The position numbers and the translations under genes are program-made. This document shows, in pieces, positions 25,147-35,376 of a stretch of DNA of 41,222 nucleotides. How positions within the stretch are numbered: the stretch's first letter is position 1; every line of letters starts with the position of its first letter. The stretch spans positions 1-41,222 of the forward strand of contig JAEUSJ010000009.1 of assembly GCA_016788215.1 (NCBI GenBank), given 5' to 3'. The DNA comes from a bacterium (GTDB taxonomy: Bacteria; CLD3; SB21). The notes under the pieces were generated by a model that searched no databases, was not told the DNA's origin, and worked only from the letters and a program-made list of their open reading frames with translations.

Positions 25147-25911
25147 ATGGTTATTCTGTCGTGGAACGTTAACGGCCTGCGCGCCGTTTCCAAAAAGGGT
25201 TTTCTGCAATGGTTTGCCCAGGCTTCGCCTGATGTGTTATGTTTGCAGGAAATCAAGGCGCAAATCGACCAACTTGACGAATCCTTGCTTCATCCGGACG
25301 GTTATGAAGGCTATTTCAATAGCGCCGAAAAAAAAGGGTACAGCGGCGTCGCAACCTACTGCGCAAAAAAACCTGTCGATTTTAAGAACGGTTTTGGCAT
25401 TGCGAAATTTGATTCTGAGGGACGCGTCTTGATGACCGATCACGGGCATTTTTTGCTATTTAACATCTATTTTCCAAACGGAAAGATGCGCCGGGAGCGG
25501 CTGGACTATAAAATGGAATTTTATGAAGAGGTTTTAAAGTATTTTGAATCACTCAGGAAAAAAGGCAAAAAACTGGTTATTTGCGGGGATTACAATACCG
25601 CCCACAAAGAAATCGATCTCGCCCGGCCCAAAGAAAATGAAAAGATTTCAGGATTTCTTCCCATTGAACGCGCTTGGATGGACAAATTAGTGGCTCACGG
25701 ATTTGTCGACACGTTCAGGCAATTTAATCAGGAACCCGAACACTATACATGGTGGGATATGCAAACTTATGCAAGACAGCGAAATGTCGGTTGGCGAATT
25801 GATTATCATTTTATATCCGAAGATCTTCTACCGCACCTGAAAAATGCGTGGATAATGCCCGACGTATTGGGATCGGATCATTGCCCTGTTGGCATTGAAC
25901 TCGTTTTCTGA
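25147..25911 (+). CDS. xth: exodeoxyribonuclease III
   Basis: MVILSWNVNGLRA, LCLQEIK, GDYNTAH, SDHCPV. The ORF-track start at 25141 is a TTG two codons upstream of the ATG. Confidence 0.92.
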   Translation: MVILSWNVNGLRAVSKKGFLQWFAQASPDVLCLQEIKAQIDQLDESLLHPDGYEGYFNSAEKKGYSGVATYCAKKPVDFKNGFGIAKFDSEGRVLMTDHGHFLLFNIYFPNGKMRRERLDYKMEFYEEVLKYFESLRKKGKKLVICGDYNTAHKEIDLARPKENEKISGFLPIERAWMDKLVAHGFVDTFRQFNQEPEHYTWWDMQTYARQRNVGWRIDYHFISEDLLPHLKNAWIMPDVLGSDHCPVGIELVF

Positions 25912-25957
25912 TGCCGTTACAGCCCTCTACCTAACCCACAAAAATCCAATTTTCACC

Positions 25958-25986
25958 TTGCAATTTTTAATATCAATCTGTATATT
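25958..25986 (+). promoter_or_regulatory. putative sigma70-type promoter for uppS-bamA-skp
   Basis: TTGCAA (25958-25963), 17 nt, TATATT (25981-25986). CTGTATATT recurs at 26002-26010. Confidence 0.4.
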
Positions 25987-26027
25987 TTTTTTCAATTTAT
26001 ACTGTATATTATACCATACTTTTTGGA

Positions 26028-26906
26028 GTGTTCCAAACCGTGTCTTCCCGCAATACTGATAAGTCCTCACGCAAGTCGGTCTTCCACGCCTTCACCCGTA
26101 ATTTCTCAAAATCTAAAAAAGAAAGATTATTAACCGAAGTGCAAGAAGCAGGCAATTTGCCGAGGCACATTGCAATCATTATGGATGGCAACGGCCGATG
26201 GGCCAAAGAACGCGGCATGCCGCGAATTGCCGGGCACAATCAGGGCGTGAAATCGGTGAAAGAAATCGTCGAAGCCTGCGGTGAATTAGGCATTGAGGCT
26301 CTGACCTTATACGCTTTCAGCCAGGAAAACTGGAAAAGGCCTACCTGGGAGGTTTCAGCGCTGATGAAACTGCTGATGCGTACGATTAATAACGAGATCG
26401 ACAACCTCAATGCGAACAATGTTCGCATCAAAACCATAGGCCATATTGAACTCCTGCCGCCTGAAACGCTTAAACAAGTTCAAACCGCAATCAACATTAC
26501 TAAAAGCAACACGGGCTTGGTATTGAATCTTGCATTAAGCTACAGCGCACGAATCGAGATCATGGATGCCGTCAAAAAAATTGCAAAGAACATAATTCAA
26601 AATTCGATTAACATTGAAAAGATAGACGAAGATTTTTTTTCAAAAAACCTGGACACTTGGGATCTGCCCGATCCGGACCTGGTTATTCGAACGAGCGGCG
26701 AATACAGGATAAGTAACTTCCTCTTATGGCAGATCGCTTATTCTGAAATTTATATAACGGACACGTACTGGCCTGATTTCAGAAAACCGCAATTGTATGA
26801 AGCCATTCGCAATTATCAGAAACGCGAACGTCGTTTCGGGAAAGTAAGCGAACAGGTCAACGTCGAAAAAAAGCATGTAAAAAAAACTGTTCACGGCAAA
26901 AAATAA
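26028..26906 (+). CDS. uppS: isoprenyl transferase (undecaprenyl diphosphate synthase)
   Basis: HIAIIMDGNGRWA and RTSGEYRISNFLLWQIAYSE. There is no ATG upstream of the conserved core, so the start is a GTG (26028 or 26040). This leaves an unusually long N-terminal leader, and the exact start is uncertain. Confidence 0.88.
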   Translation: MFQTVSSRNTDKSSRKSVFHAFTRNFSKSKKERLLTEVQEAGNLPRHIAIIMDGNGRWAKERGMPRIAGHNQGVKSVKEIVEACGELGIEALTLYAFSQENWKRPTWEVSALMKLLMRTINNEIDNLNANNVRIKTIGHIELLPPETLKQVQTAINITKSNTGLVLNLALSYSARIEIMDAVKKIAKNIIQNSINIEKIDEDFFSKNLDTWDLPDPDLVIRTSGEYRISNFLLWQIAYSEIYITDTYWPDFRKPQLYEAIRNYQKRERRFGKVSEQVNVEKKHVKKTVHGKK

Positions 26907-26967
26907 AATTGTTTACATCAATGTGCTCAAAATCATTCACTCAACAACGGAACGGAAATTCTCATTA

Positions 26968-29349
26968 ATGAAAAAATTGTTTTTGCATCGTCTGCCCATC
27001 ATGCTTGTTCTGGTCATGATCTCATGTTTTTTCACTATTCACATTGCAGCGCAGACGCGAGGCTTGGCGGAACGTCCAAAGATCGCTTCAATCAAAGTTG
27101 AAGGCAATCTTAAATCGGATGCTGAACTTATTATTATAGCCTCCGGCCTTTCTGTAAGTCAGGAATTCAATGCAGATGATATTACCAAAGCCATAGAAAA
27201 CCTATGGGAAATGAACGTTTTCAAAGATATCCAGGTTTATGGCGAGCAGATCGAAGACGGTATTGAGGTGGTTATTGTAGTGAAAGAATATCCAAGGCTC
27301 GAATCGATGGACTTGGAAGGCCAGGATAAGATTGATGAAGAGGACATTAGAGGTAAAATGGGGCTTTATACTTCACAAACCGTAAGCCCCCAGCATATAA
27401 AGAAAGCAATCGAGCGTATAAAAAGAAAATATGCAGAAGAAGGTTATTTGAATGCCGATGTGGAGATTACCACCTACGCTTCACAAAATGATTCCAATAA
27501 AGTCCTGCTAAAGATAAAAATCACCGAAGGAGCAAAAGTCAAAATTCGGGGAATCAACTTTTTCGGCAACTACTCCTTTGCAGACGCAAAACTGGAAGGC
27601 ACCTTTGACGACACCAAATCCAAGTCCGGAGTTTTTCGGTGGTTTAAAGGAGGAGATTTCGATGAAAAAAAATACAGAGAAGACGTTAAGAAGTTAATTG
27701 CATATTATAAGAAAAAAGGATACCGGGATTTCCAAGTTGTAAAAGACTCTACATATTATGCGAAGAACAAGAAGGATTTTTTTATTGACATTCACGTTGA
27801 AGAAGGCGTGAAATACAGAATTGGAGATGTTACGTGGACCGGCAATACGCTTTTTTCCAACGAAGAATTAAGCCACGCTTTTGGATTCAGCCGCGGGGAG
27901 ATTTTCAATCAGGAAAAATACGACAAAAACATGCAGGAGCAGGTCAATGCGATGTATTACGATCGCGGCTACATCTTCGCTCAGATAGTTCCAATTGAAA
28001 AACCGGTCAGCAAAGATACGCTCGACCTTGAATTTATTGTAACCGAAGGTAACCAGGTATATATCGAGAAAGTTGAAATAAGAAATAACACCAAGACCAA
28101 AGAGAAAGTTATTCGGCGCGACGTAGTTGCGTTCCCCGGTGAAAAATTCAGTCGTGAAGCGTTGATACGATCCCAACGAAACCTTATGGTTCTTAATTAT
28201 TTTGAAAACGTTATTCCGGATGTGCAGCCAATAAGCCAAGACAAGGTCAACGTCATCATGACGGTCACGGAGAAGCCGACAGATACGGCAAATCTATCGA
28301 TGGGATACAGCGCGCAAGATGGACTTATTGGGTCTGCCGGCGTAGCATTCAATAATTTCTTGGGCAATGGACAGATCGTGAGCCTGAATCTACAATTGGG
28401 CGGCGCCGGATATAGGGTGTTTTCCGTAGGTTTTTCAGAGCCTTACCTTTTTGACACGCGTACATCCTTCGGCGCCAGTTTCTACTTTTCACTTGACGGC
28501 AATCGTCGCGCGCAGTACGTTGGGTATAAACAAAGAAGTTATGGAGGCTCAATCAGTTTCGGACGCAGACTTAAATGGCCCGATGATTATTTTTTGGCAA
28601 ACTGGTCGGTCGGTTACGCTAATTCAACTTTGAAGCCGTTGAGTTTGTCTAATTTATACCCCCAGTTTACTTATGGTCAACAGCAGAGCCTGACCTTGAC
28701 GCAAGTTATTCAACGTAACAGCAAGGACGCCGCTGAATTTCCAAAATCCGGTTCTGTTTACACATTGACAACCGACTTTGGCTTCGTTAGTATCGACACT
28801 TCCGGATATGCAAATGCAGTACGTGTATTGCCGCAGAATTACACGCGACATACTTTCCGAGCAGAAAACTATTACCCCACACTATGGTCATTTGTTCTGT
28901 ACACGGATTTTACCATGGGTTATTCTCGAACATTTAAGAGAAATCCTTTAGTTGAAGAAATTCCTCAACTTGATCGTTTTTATATGGGTGGAAGCGCTTT
29001 GGATATAGGTTCAATTCAATTACGAGGTTATGGCGGCCGTGGCGTTGGACCGCAAGAGAGCGGTTTTGCCGCCGGCGGAGCTTCGATGGTGAAATACTCG
29101 GCAGAAATACGATTACCAGTCATTCCAAGCCCGACCATGTATATTCTGGGATTCGCCGAAGCAGGCAATGTATTTCGTTCATTGAGCGAGACTGATCCGT
29201 TTAAGGTGAAACGATCCTTTGGATATGGATTTAGGCTCTTTATGCCGCTAGTTGGGGTCATCGGATTGGACGTGGCTTATGGATTAGATAAAACGAATAA
29301 GAATCGGAATTTCCCACGTTTTCATTTCCAGTTGGGACAACAATTCTAA
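26968..29349 (+). CDS. bamA: outer membrane protein assembly factor BamA
   Basis: Signal peptide MKKLFLHRLPIMLVLVMISCFF..AAQ. Repeated POTRA-like units (I..I.V.GN......I). C-terminal barrel ending FHFQLGQQF. ORF-track GTG start at 26923; the ATG at 26968 is preferred. Confidence 0.92.
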   Translation: MKKLFLHRLPIMLVLVMISCFFTIHIAAQTRGLAERPKIASIKVEGNLKSDAELIIIASGLSVSQEFNADDITKAIENLWEMNVFKDIQVYGEQIEDGIEVVIVVKEYPRLESMDLEGQDKIDEEDIRGKMGLYTSQTVSPQHIKKAIERIKRKYAEEGYLNADVEITTYASQNDSNKVLLKIKITEGAKVKIRGINFFGNYSFADAKLEGTFDDTKSKSGVFRWFKGGDFDEKKYREDVKKLIAYYKKKGYRDFQVVKDSTYYAKNKKDFFIDIHVEEGVKYRIGDVTWTGNTLFSNEELSHAFGFSRGEIFNQEKYDKNMQEQVNAMYYDRGYIFAQIVPIEKPVSKDTLDLEFIVTEGNQVYIEKVEIRNNTKTKEKVIRRDVVAFPGEKFSREALIRSQRNLMVLNYFENVIPDVQPISQDKVNVIMTVTEKPTDTANLSMGYSAQDGLIGSAGVAFNNFLGNGQIVSLNLQLGGAGYRVFSVGFSEPYLFDTRTSFGASFYFSLDGNRRAQYVGYKQRSYGGSISFGRRLKWPDDYFLANWSVGYANSTLKPLSLSNLYPQFTYGQQQSLTLTQVIQRNSKDAAEFPKSGSVYTLTTDFGFVSIDTSGYANAVRVLPQNYTRHTFRAENYYPTLWSFVLYTDFTMGYSRTFKRNPLVEEIPQLDRFYMGGSALDIGSIQLRGYGGRGVGPQESGFAAGGASMVKYSAEIRLPVIPSPTMYILGFAEAGNVFRSLSETDPFKVKRSFGYGFRLFMPLVGVIGLDVAYGLDKTNKNRNFPRFHFQLGQQF

Positions 29350-29364
29350 TCACAGGAGTCTAAC

Positions 29365-30057
29365 GTGAAAAAAAATATTTTCATCTTTTTATGCGGGATC
29401 GTTTTGCAATGTCCGGCTATTTATGCACAGAATAAGATCGCCTATATCGATTTTCAATATATCATATCCCAAGTGAAGTCAGCTGAAGATGTTCAAATCG
29501 AGATTCAGAAGCTGGCTTCCGATTGGACAAACGAAATTGTAGCCATGACGGACACTCTTACGAATCTTGAAAAGGACATTGAAACAGTCAGTCTTACGCT
29601 GAGTAAATCGGGAAGAGAAATACTCGAAAAGAGAATCAGCGATAAACGGCAGAAAATTGCTGCATTTCAGGAACAAAAGTTTTCGCCGGTCACAGGTGAA
29701 TTATACAAGAAGCAGCAAGAATTACTCCAGCCGCTTATCGACAGAGTTCGCCGTGCCATTGATAATGTGAGGCTCCGTGAAAAAATAGATGTTATTTTCG
29801 ACGTATCGGCAGGAAACCCGGTTTCCATCGACAAGAAATATGACGTGACCGTTTTGGTTATAGACGAACTGGTCGCCGTTGGCCTTACTGTTAAGGAACA
29901 AGCCGTCAGCACCGAGTCGCGTACAAATATCCCCTCCGGTGGTCAACGAGAAATTCAATCCGGTACAAAAAAAGTACAGCCCGGCAAGGTGGAAGAAAAA
30001 GGTAAATCACAACAAAGTGACGAGCCTATCAAACAAGAAAAAATAGAAGACAAATAG
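29365..30057 (+). CDS. skp: OmpH/Skp family periplasmic chaperone, with K/E/Q-rich C-terminal tail
   Basis: 230 aa. AGGAG lies 6 nt before the GTG start. Signal peptide, KIAYIDFQYI, coiled-coil region, LQPLIDRVRRAIDNV. Confidence 0.85.
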   Translation: MKKNIFIFLCGIVLQCPAIYAQNKIAYIDFQYIISQVKSAEDVQIEIQKLASDWTNEIVAMTDTLTNLEKDIETVSLTLSKSGREILEKRISDKRQKIAAFQEQKFSPVTGELYKKQQELLQPLIDRVRRAIDNVRLREKIDVIFDVSAGNPVSIDKKYDVTVLVIDELVAVGLTVKEQAVSTESRTNIPSGGQREIQSGTKKVQPGKVEEKGKSQQSDEPIKQEKIEDK

Positions 30058-30099
30058 TAGTTTACATCATATACCCAACATCCATAAGGAGACAATGAA

Positions 30100-30675
30100 G
30101 TGAAACGATTAATCATGATACTCAGTGTTGTTCTGCTGGGAATTACGGCTAAATCAACCAGCGCGCAAAGCAAAATCGGCTACGTTGATTCTCAGAAGAT
30201 CATGCAGTCTTTGAAAGAAACGCAAACCGTTCAAGCAAAACTGCAGGTGGAACAGGAAAAAATGGCTAAACAATTCCAATATCTGCAGGATTCTCTGGCA
30301 AATGCTCAGGACGATTTTGTGAATAATTATAAGAATAATCCTCTTATAAAAGAAAATATCAGACAATCCATTCAGAAAGGGATTGAAGAGCTGGCATATT
30401 ATGTACAGACTGCGGGCCAACGCTATAATGAAGAGTTGGGCAAGAAGCAGCAAGAACTGATGCAGCCTGTTTTTGACAAAGTTAAAAAGGCTTTGGAAAA
30501 CGTACGTAAAGCAGAAGGCATGGACTTTATTTTGGATTCTGCTTCAGGTATTTTGCTGGCTGAAGATACCAAATACGACCTGACGGAAAAAGCCATAAAT
30601 GAATTGATAAAAATGGCCGGAACAACAGCTAAAGATACCGGTGTAAAAGAAACCAAAGACACGGGCAAAAAATAG
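30100..30675 (+). CDS. skp: OmpH/Skp family periplasmic chaperone (second paralog)
   Basis: 191 aa. AAGGAG upstream of the GTG start. KIGYVDSQKIM, QQELMQPVFDKVKKALENV. Confidence 0.85.
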   Translation: MKRLIMILSVVLLGITAKSTSAQSKIGYVDSQKIMQSLKETQTVQAKLQVEQEKMAKQFQYLQDSLANAQDDFVNNYKNNPLIKENIRQSIQKGIEELAYYVQTAGQRYNEELGKKQQELMQPVFDKVKKALENVRKAEGMDFILDSASGILLAEDTKYDLTEKAINELIKMAGTTAKDTGVKETKDTGKK

Positions 30676-30698
30676 CAATTTTTCAGTACGTTTTATAA

Positions 30699-30732
30699 AT
30701 GGAAACTCTGCCCTAAGAGTTTCCATTTTTTA
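30699..30732 (+). terminator. Rho-independent terminator/attenuator between skp and lpxD
   Basis: 11-bp perfect stem ATGGAAACTCT (30699-30709) / AGAGTTTCCAT (30716-30726), 6-nt loop, then TTTTTTA. Confidence 0.7.
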
Positions 30733-30747
30733 TTCACACGCGTTATT

Positions 30748-31770
30748 ATGATTTCATTTAGTCAAATTGCCGCTGAAACAAACTTAGAAATTGTTGGTAG
30801 AGATATTTCCATCTCCAATATTTCAGACCCTGTTAAAGCGCTTGAGGATGAAGCCATTTTCATTATCCAAAAAAAAACACTAAATGATAAGTATATAATC
30901 CGTTCAAAAGCCTGGATCATAAATAAGACGCTGTTCAATCCCGATCTTTCAGATTTTTTAGACCGCACTCAAGTCAGTTATATCGTATCAGATGACATCT
31001 ACGAGACATTTATCAAAGTGATACAGCTATTCCATCCGAATAGTCAACCTGCTCCGTTCATTCATCCCTCCGCTGTTATTAGCGAATTAACCGTATGTGA
31101 AGGAATGGTTCACGTTGGCCCGCACGTAACCATTGGTGCTCATTCTCATATCGGAAGTCAGGTAACCGTCATGGCAAATTCTTTTATTGGAAATAATGTT
31201 CAACTCGGCGACAACACGGTTATTTATCCAAATGTGACAATTTACGACAACTCATGGATAGGACAAAACGTAATCATTCATGCGGGAACAGTTATCGGTT
31301 CCGACGGATTTGGCTATTATAAACAAAAGGATCGTCACAAAAAAATTCCGCACGTAGGAAAAGTAGTGGTCGAAGATGATGTGGAAATTGGCTCTAACTG
31401 TACGATAGATCGCGGTACTTTAGGTGAAACCCGCATCATGAGAGGATCTAAAATTGATAATTTGGTTCAAATCGCGCACAATGTAATCATAGGTCAAAAT
31501 ACGCTGATTGCCGCTCAATCGGGCATCGCCGGGAGTACAACGATAGGCGACAGCGTTACAATAGCGGGACAGGTCGGCATCGTAGGACATATCACCGTGG
31601 GAAACAATGTTACCATTGGTGCACAATCAGGGGTCATCTCCTCTATCGGTGATGGAGAAACAGTTTCCGGGTATCCCGCACGGAACCATGCAGAATCATT
31701 GAGAAAAGAAGCATATATTCGCAAAATTCCGGAGATACTTAAGAAACTCAAACAGAAACCTGACAAATAG
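30748..31770 (+). CDS. lpxD: UDP-3-O-acylglucosamine N-acyltransferase
   Basis: 340 aa. Left-handed beta-helix hexapeptide repeats (IG.N..I), GSDGFGY, and the HxGxV..DDVEIG region. Confidence 0.9.
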   Translation: MISFSQIAAETNLEIVGRDISISNISDPVKALEDEAIFIIQKKTLNDKYIIRSKAWIINKTLFNPDLSDFLDRTQVSYIVSDDIYETFIKVIQLFHPNSQPAPFIHPSAVISELTVCEGMVHVGPHVTIGAHSHIGSQVTVMANSFIGNNVQLGDNTVIYPNVTIYDNSWIGQNVIIHAGTVIGSDGFGYYKQKDRHKKIPHVGKVVVEDDVEIGSNCTIDRGTLGETRIMRGSKIDNLVQIAHNVIIGQNTLIAAQSGIAGSTTIGDSVTIAGQVGIVGHITVGNNVTIGAQSGVISSIGDGETVSGYPARNHAESLRKEAYIRKIPEILKKLKQKPDK

Positions 31771-31832
31771 TTTTGTGTATTGATTCACGCGTAAAATCTA
31801 ATTAAATTTTAAGAAATTTCCTGGAGATTGTT

Positions 31833-32873
31833 TTGGCGCTGCAACAAGAATCGGACGACATAATTCGCCCAAAGAAATCCTATGAGGATGTGGATCTTGA
31901 TCTGTCATTGAGGCCGTCAAAATTCAACGAATTCGTTGGACAGCATAAGATCATTCAGAATCTGAAAGTATTTATCGAGGCTGCAAAACTTCGCGGAGAT
32001 TCCTTGGATCACGTTTTACTTTCAGGGCCGCCCGGATTAGGCAAAACCACGTTGTCTCATATTATTGCGCATGAACTGGGCGTCCAAATCCGCGTGACTT
32101 CCGGACCGGTACTCGACAAGGCCGGCGATCTTGCAGGTATTTTAACCAATCTTGAAGAGCGGGATGTACTATTTATAGATGAAATTCACCGACTTAATCC
32201 TATTGTCGAAGAATACTTGTATTCTGCAATGGAGGATTTTCAGCTGGACATCGTTATCGACAAAGGTCCCAGCGCACGGACTATTCAGCTGACTCTCCCC
32301 CATTTCACTTTAATTGGCGCAACCACACGCGCCGGGCTGATCACTGCGCCTTTACGGTCACGATTCGGAATCAGCTGCCGGCTTGATTACTACAATGATG
32401 AGAATCTCACCGACATTGTAACACGATCAGCCGATATTCTCAATACAGAAATCAACAAAAAAGGGGCCGAAGAAATTGCAAAACGCTCCAGAGGGACGCC
32501 GCGTATAGCTAACCGGCTTTTGAAAAGAACGCGTGATTTTGCACAAGTTCAGAAGCAAGCCGTTATAGACAAGGCTATCGCCGACTATTCGTTGCTCGCG
32601 TTGGAGGTGGACGAACATGGTCTGGATGATATGGATAAACGAATTCTGACGGCGATCATAGAAAAATTCAACGGCGGGCCGGTTGGCGTGGACAACATCG
32701 CCATTTCTGTAGGGGAAGAGGCGGGCACTATTGAAGAAGTATATGAGCCATTCCTGATTCAAAAGGGGCTTTTAAAAAGGACGCCACGAGGAAGAGAAGT
32801 TACCCATCTTGCATACGATCATCTCAAATTAAAACCAAGACGCAACACTAAGCAAACCGGCCTGGATATTTAG
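31833..32873 (+). CDS. ruvB: Holliday junction branch migration DNA helicase RuvB
   Basis: 346 aa. [45 protein letters not shown] start after GGAG. Confidence 0.94.
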   Translation: MALQQESDDIIRPKKSYEDVDLDLSLRPSKFNEFVGQHKIIQNLKVFIEAAKLRGDSLDHVLLSGPPGLGKTTLSHIIAHELGVQIRVTSGPVLDKAGDLAGILTNLEERDVLFIDEIHRLNPIVEEYLYSAMEDFQLDIVIDKGPSARTIQLTLPHFTLIGATTRAGLITAPLRSRFGISCRLDYYNDENLTDIVTRSADILNTEINKKGAEEIAKRSRGTPRIANRLLKRTRDFAQVQKQAVIDKAIADYSLLALEVDEHGLDDMDKRILTAIIEKFNGGPVGVDNIAISVGEEAGTIEEVYEPFLIQKGLLKRTPRGREVTHLAYDHLKLKPRRNTKQTGLDI

Positions 32874-32940
32874 TATTTTTTTTCAAGAACTATTCTTGTG
32901 CAAGTTTCCACAACAGATATTTCATATAATAACATTTCCA

Positions 32941-33576
32941 TTACACTTTTCTTTGTCGATCTATGATGGCACGAAAACGTTCAGCAGTTTCTCGTGGAGT
33001 ATCCGATTTCATGATAGATGAGATAACGGCGACGCCGGTTACGCCGGTTTCCATTACAGCCGCCGCATTTAAGATGTCAATTCCGCCAATGGCGACAACC
33101 GGCAGTTTAGCGCTCAGAACTATTTTTCTTAGACCTTCCACGCCAATGATTCCAGTAATATCATCTTTTGACGCCGTTGGAAATACTGTTCCAGCTCCGA
33201 TGTAATCCGCGCCTTTTGTTCCCGCTTCGTGCGCTTCTTCGCGATTATGCGTCGAAATTCCAATAATCTTCTTATGCCCAAGAATTTTTCTGGCCTGTTC
33301 TATGGGCAAATCGCCTTGCCCAAGATGAACTCCATCAGCATTAATCTCACGAGCCACCCGAATGTTATCATTAATAATGAAAGGAACTTGATACTTCGAC
33401 GTAATGACGCGCACCGGGCTCGCAATTTCCATAAACTCGCGAAATGTATTATTCTTGGAACGAAGTTGCACCATAGTAACGCCTCCCATTAATGCCTCTT
33501 CAATGGTCTGAAGAAAGGGGAGACGAGTTGGGACTCCCGCATCAGCGATCAGATATAACGACAAGTTTAGTTTCAT
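32941..33576 (-). CDS. thiE: thiamine-phosphate synthase
   Basis: 211 aa. LYLIAD, VQLRSK, DGVHLGQGD, GISTH, VAIGGI. Confidence 0.9.
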   Translation of the reverse strand: MKLNLSLYLIADAGVPTRLPFLQTIEEALMGGVTMVQLRSKNNTFREFMEIASPVRVITSKYQVPFIINDNIRVAREINADGVHLGQGDLPIEQARKILGHKKIIGISTHNREEAHEAGTKGADYIGAGTVFPTASKDDITGIIGVEGLRKIVLSAKLPVVAIGGIDILNAAAVMETGVTGVAVISSIMKSDTPRETAERFRAIIDRQRKV

Positions 33577-33577
33577 A

Positions 33578-33612
33578 AAACAAAAAACTCCCGATATTTG
33601 GTCGGGAGTTTT
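33578..33612 (-). terminator. Rho-independent terminator after the E2 gene
   Basis: Minus strand: AAAACTCCCGA-CCAAATA-TCGGGAGTTTT, followed by TTGTTTT. 11-bp stem at 33584-33594 / 33602-33612. Confidence 0.7.
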
Positions 33613-33636
33613 AATGTGGAGAATATTTCTGACAAA

Positions 33637-35334
33637 TCAAAGAGGCGTATTCATATCAAAGTTCTCAAGATACTGTGTAACCCTTTGCAAGAATGCGCCG
33701 CCGAGCGCTCCATCTACGACGCGATGATCATACGACAGTGATGCAAACATAATCGAGCGAATCGCAATCGTATCATCGCCATCCTGAGATTCGATAACCA
33801 CCGGGCGTTTCTTGATCATCCCGACGCCCATGATTGCAACTTGCGGCTGATTGATGATGGGAAAACCGGCCGTGCTTCCAAAAACGCCCATATTGGTTAG
33901 CGTTATAGTTCCATCCTGAATTTCATCCAGTTTAAGTTTTTTCGTACGAGCCCGCATGGCCATATCATTGGCTGCCCGGCAAATACCTGTCAGATTCAAC
34001 GTGTCTGCATCTTTGATTACGGGAACTATGAGTCCGGTGTTATTCTCTATTGAAACAGCCATGCCGATATTGATATAATTTTTCTTAATAATCGTGGTGC
34101 CCTCGACCGACACGTTGACCATCGGTAGGTCTTTCAGAGTTTTTGCCATGGCATCAATTAAGAATGGCGTATACGTCAGCTTAAAACCTTCGCGTTTTTC
34201 AAATGCGTCTTTTTGCTTCGTTCTGAATTTGACAATATTGGTCATGTCCACCTCGGTCATCGTATATACATGAGCCGATGTATCAACGCTTCTGCGCATA
34301 TGTTCCGCAGTCAACTTACGAACGTTGTTCATTTCGATAAATTCAACACGTTCTTTGTTAAAGCCGTACTTCACTTCGCTCGGCTGTTTTGCGACAGCCG
34401 AAGTAACAGCAGAAACTTTCGTAGTTTGCGGAGTAAAAACACCTTTACGACGAGTACCCAAATATGCCATAATATCATTTTTAGTCACGCGGCGGTTCAA
34501 TCCGCTGCCGGGAACGGTTTCCAGTTCCTGCATCGTGATTCCTTCTGTTTTAGCAATATTTCTAACCAAGGGCGAATAAAACCTATCGCCATTGCCGCCG
34601 CTCAGCAGCGCGCCGGATTGAACTGTGGCCTTTGCAATGGGCGTATGAATCTGATTCTGTTTCTGAAAATCTTCGATTGAACTCGAAAAGTGCATGGCCT
34701 CTTCTTTTTTGGTTTCTGTTTTAGTTACTGAAACCACAGGCGCGCCAACTTCACTTCCGATTCGAGCGACTAATGTTCCTACCAATACTGTCTCACCTTC
34801 CGGCACCAGGATTTCTGTAATGAGTCCTGATACAGGCGAGGGAATTTCTGAATCCACCTTATCCGTACTTATTTCCAAAACAGTTTCATCCTTTGCAACC
34901 TTGTCTCCGACTTTTTTGTGCCACTTTAGAATTTTGCCCTCAGTAATGCTCTCGCCCATCTGCGGCATAACCATATCTACAGAACCTGCGGAACTCGGCG
35001 AAGCTGGTTTCACCGGAGTTACAGCTGCGGATTTTTGATCGTCCTTTTTCTGAGCCGGAGGTGTAGAAACGGGCTTTGCAGATACGCTTACCGACGCATC
35101 AGTTTCGATGCGGGCGATCAAAGTCCCAACCGACACGGTTTCTCCCTCTGCAATCACTAATTCTGTGATAATCCCGGCGGTAGGAGAAGGGATCTCAGAA
35201 TCCACCTTATCCGTGCTGATCTCCAGAACCGTCTCATCTTTAGCAACTTTGTCGCCGACTTTCTTATGCCACTTTAGGATTTTACCTTCGACAATACTTT
35301 CCCCCATTTGCGGCATGACCATGTCAACTTTCAT
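33637..35334 (-). CDS. 2-oxoacid dehydrogenase E2 component (dihydrolipoamide acyltransferase) with two lipoyl domains
   Basis: 565 aa. Two lipoyl domains (..LEISTDKVDSEIPSP..), an E3-binding domain SPLVRNIAKTEGI...GSG..RRVTKNDI, and a catalytic domain with SYDHRVVDG. Confidence 0.92.
   Translation of the reverse strand: MKVDMVMPQMGESIVEGKILKWHKKVGDKVAKDETVLEISTDKVDSEIPSPTAGIITELVIAEGETVSVGTLIARIETDASVSVSAKPVSTPPAQKKDDQKSAAVTPVKPASPSSAGSVDMVMPQMGESITEGKILKWHKKVGDKVAKDETVLEISTDKVDSEIPSPVSGLITEILVPEGETVLVGTLVARIGSEVGAPVVSVTKTETKKEEAMHFSSSIEDFQKQNQIHTPIAKATVQSGALLSGGNGDRFYSPLVRNIAKTEGITMQELETVPGSGLNRRVTKNDIMAYLGTRRKGVFTPQTTKVSAVTSAVAKQPSEVKYGFNKERVEFIEMNNVRKLTAEHMRRSVDTSAHVYTMTEVDMTNIVKFRTKQKDAFEKREGFKLTYTPFLIDAMAKTLKDLPMVNVSVEGTTIIKKNYINIGMAVSIENNTGLIVPVIKDADTLNLTGICRAANDMAMRARTKKLKLDEIQDGTITLTNMGVFGSTAGFPIINQPQVAIMGVGMIKKRPVVIESQDGDDTIAIRSIMFASLSYDHRVVDGALGGAFLQRVTQYLENFDMNTPL
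34756..35328 (-). repeat. intragenic duplication encoding the two lipoyl domains
   Basis: About 225-nt units at 35104-35328 and 34756-34980 encode near-identical VDMVMPQMGESI(V/T)EGKILKWHKKVGDKVAKDETVLEISTDKVDSEIPSP... DNA identity is roughly four-fifths over the stretch I compared by eye. Confidence 0.85.
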
Positions 35335-35376
35335 AGGTCGCCTCCTTACGTTATGTTACTTTTTTGAAACTTGAAG

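Noticed and set aside
25091-25432. 113-aa plus-strand ORF overlapping the 5' part of xth in another frame
   Set aside because: The xth frame carries all the exonuclease III motifs. The alternative frame is Arg/Cys/Leu-rich with no homology features, so it is an out-of-frame artefact.
25995-26020. dif-like core (TATAC TGTATA TTATA) upstream of uppS
   Set aside because: Only the central hexamer and a few flanking bases resemble the XerC/D site. The outer arms do not match the consensus and are not palindromic. It overlaps a more plausible promoter -10 region.
33577-33636. Possible TPP riboswitch upstream of thiE
   Set aside because: The gap is only 60 nt and is occupied by a terminator hairpin. 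No CUGAGA or ACCUGAUCUGGAUAAUGCC-type THI-box segments are present.
34756-35328. Internal ~225-nt repeat in the E2 gene as a possible recombination artefact or novel repeat
   Set aside because: Multiple tandem lipoyl domains are normal for E2 components. Both copies are in frame and carry the lipoyl-lysine context (TDKV). Kept only as an annotated repeat.
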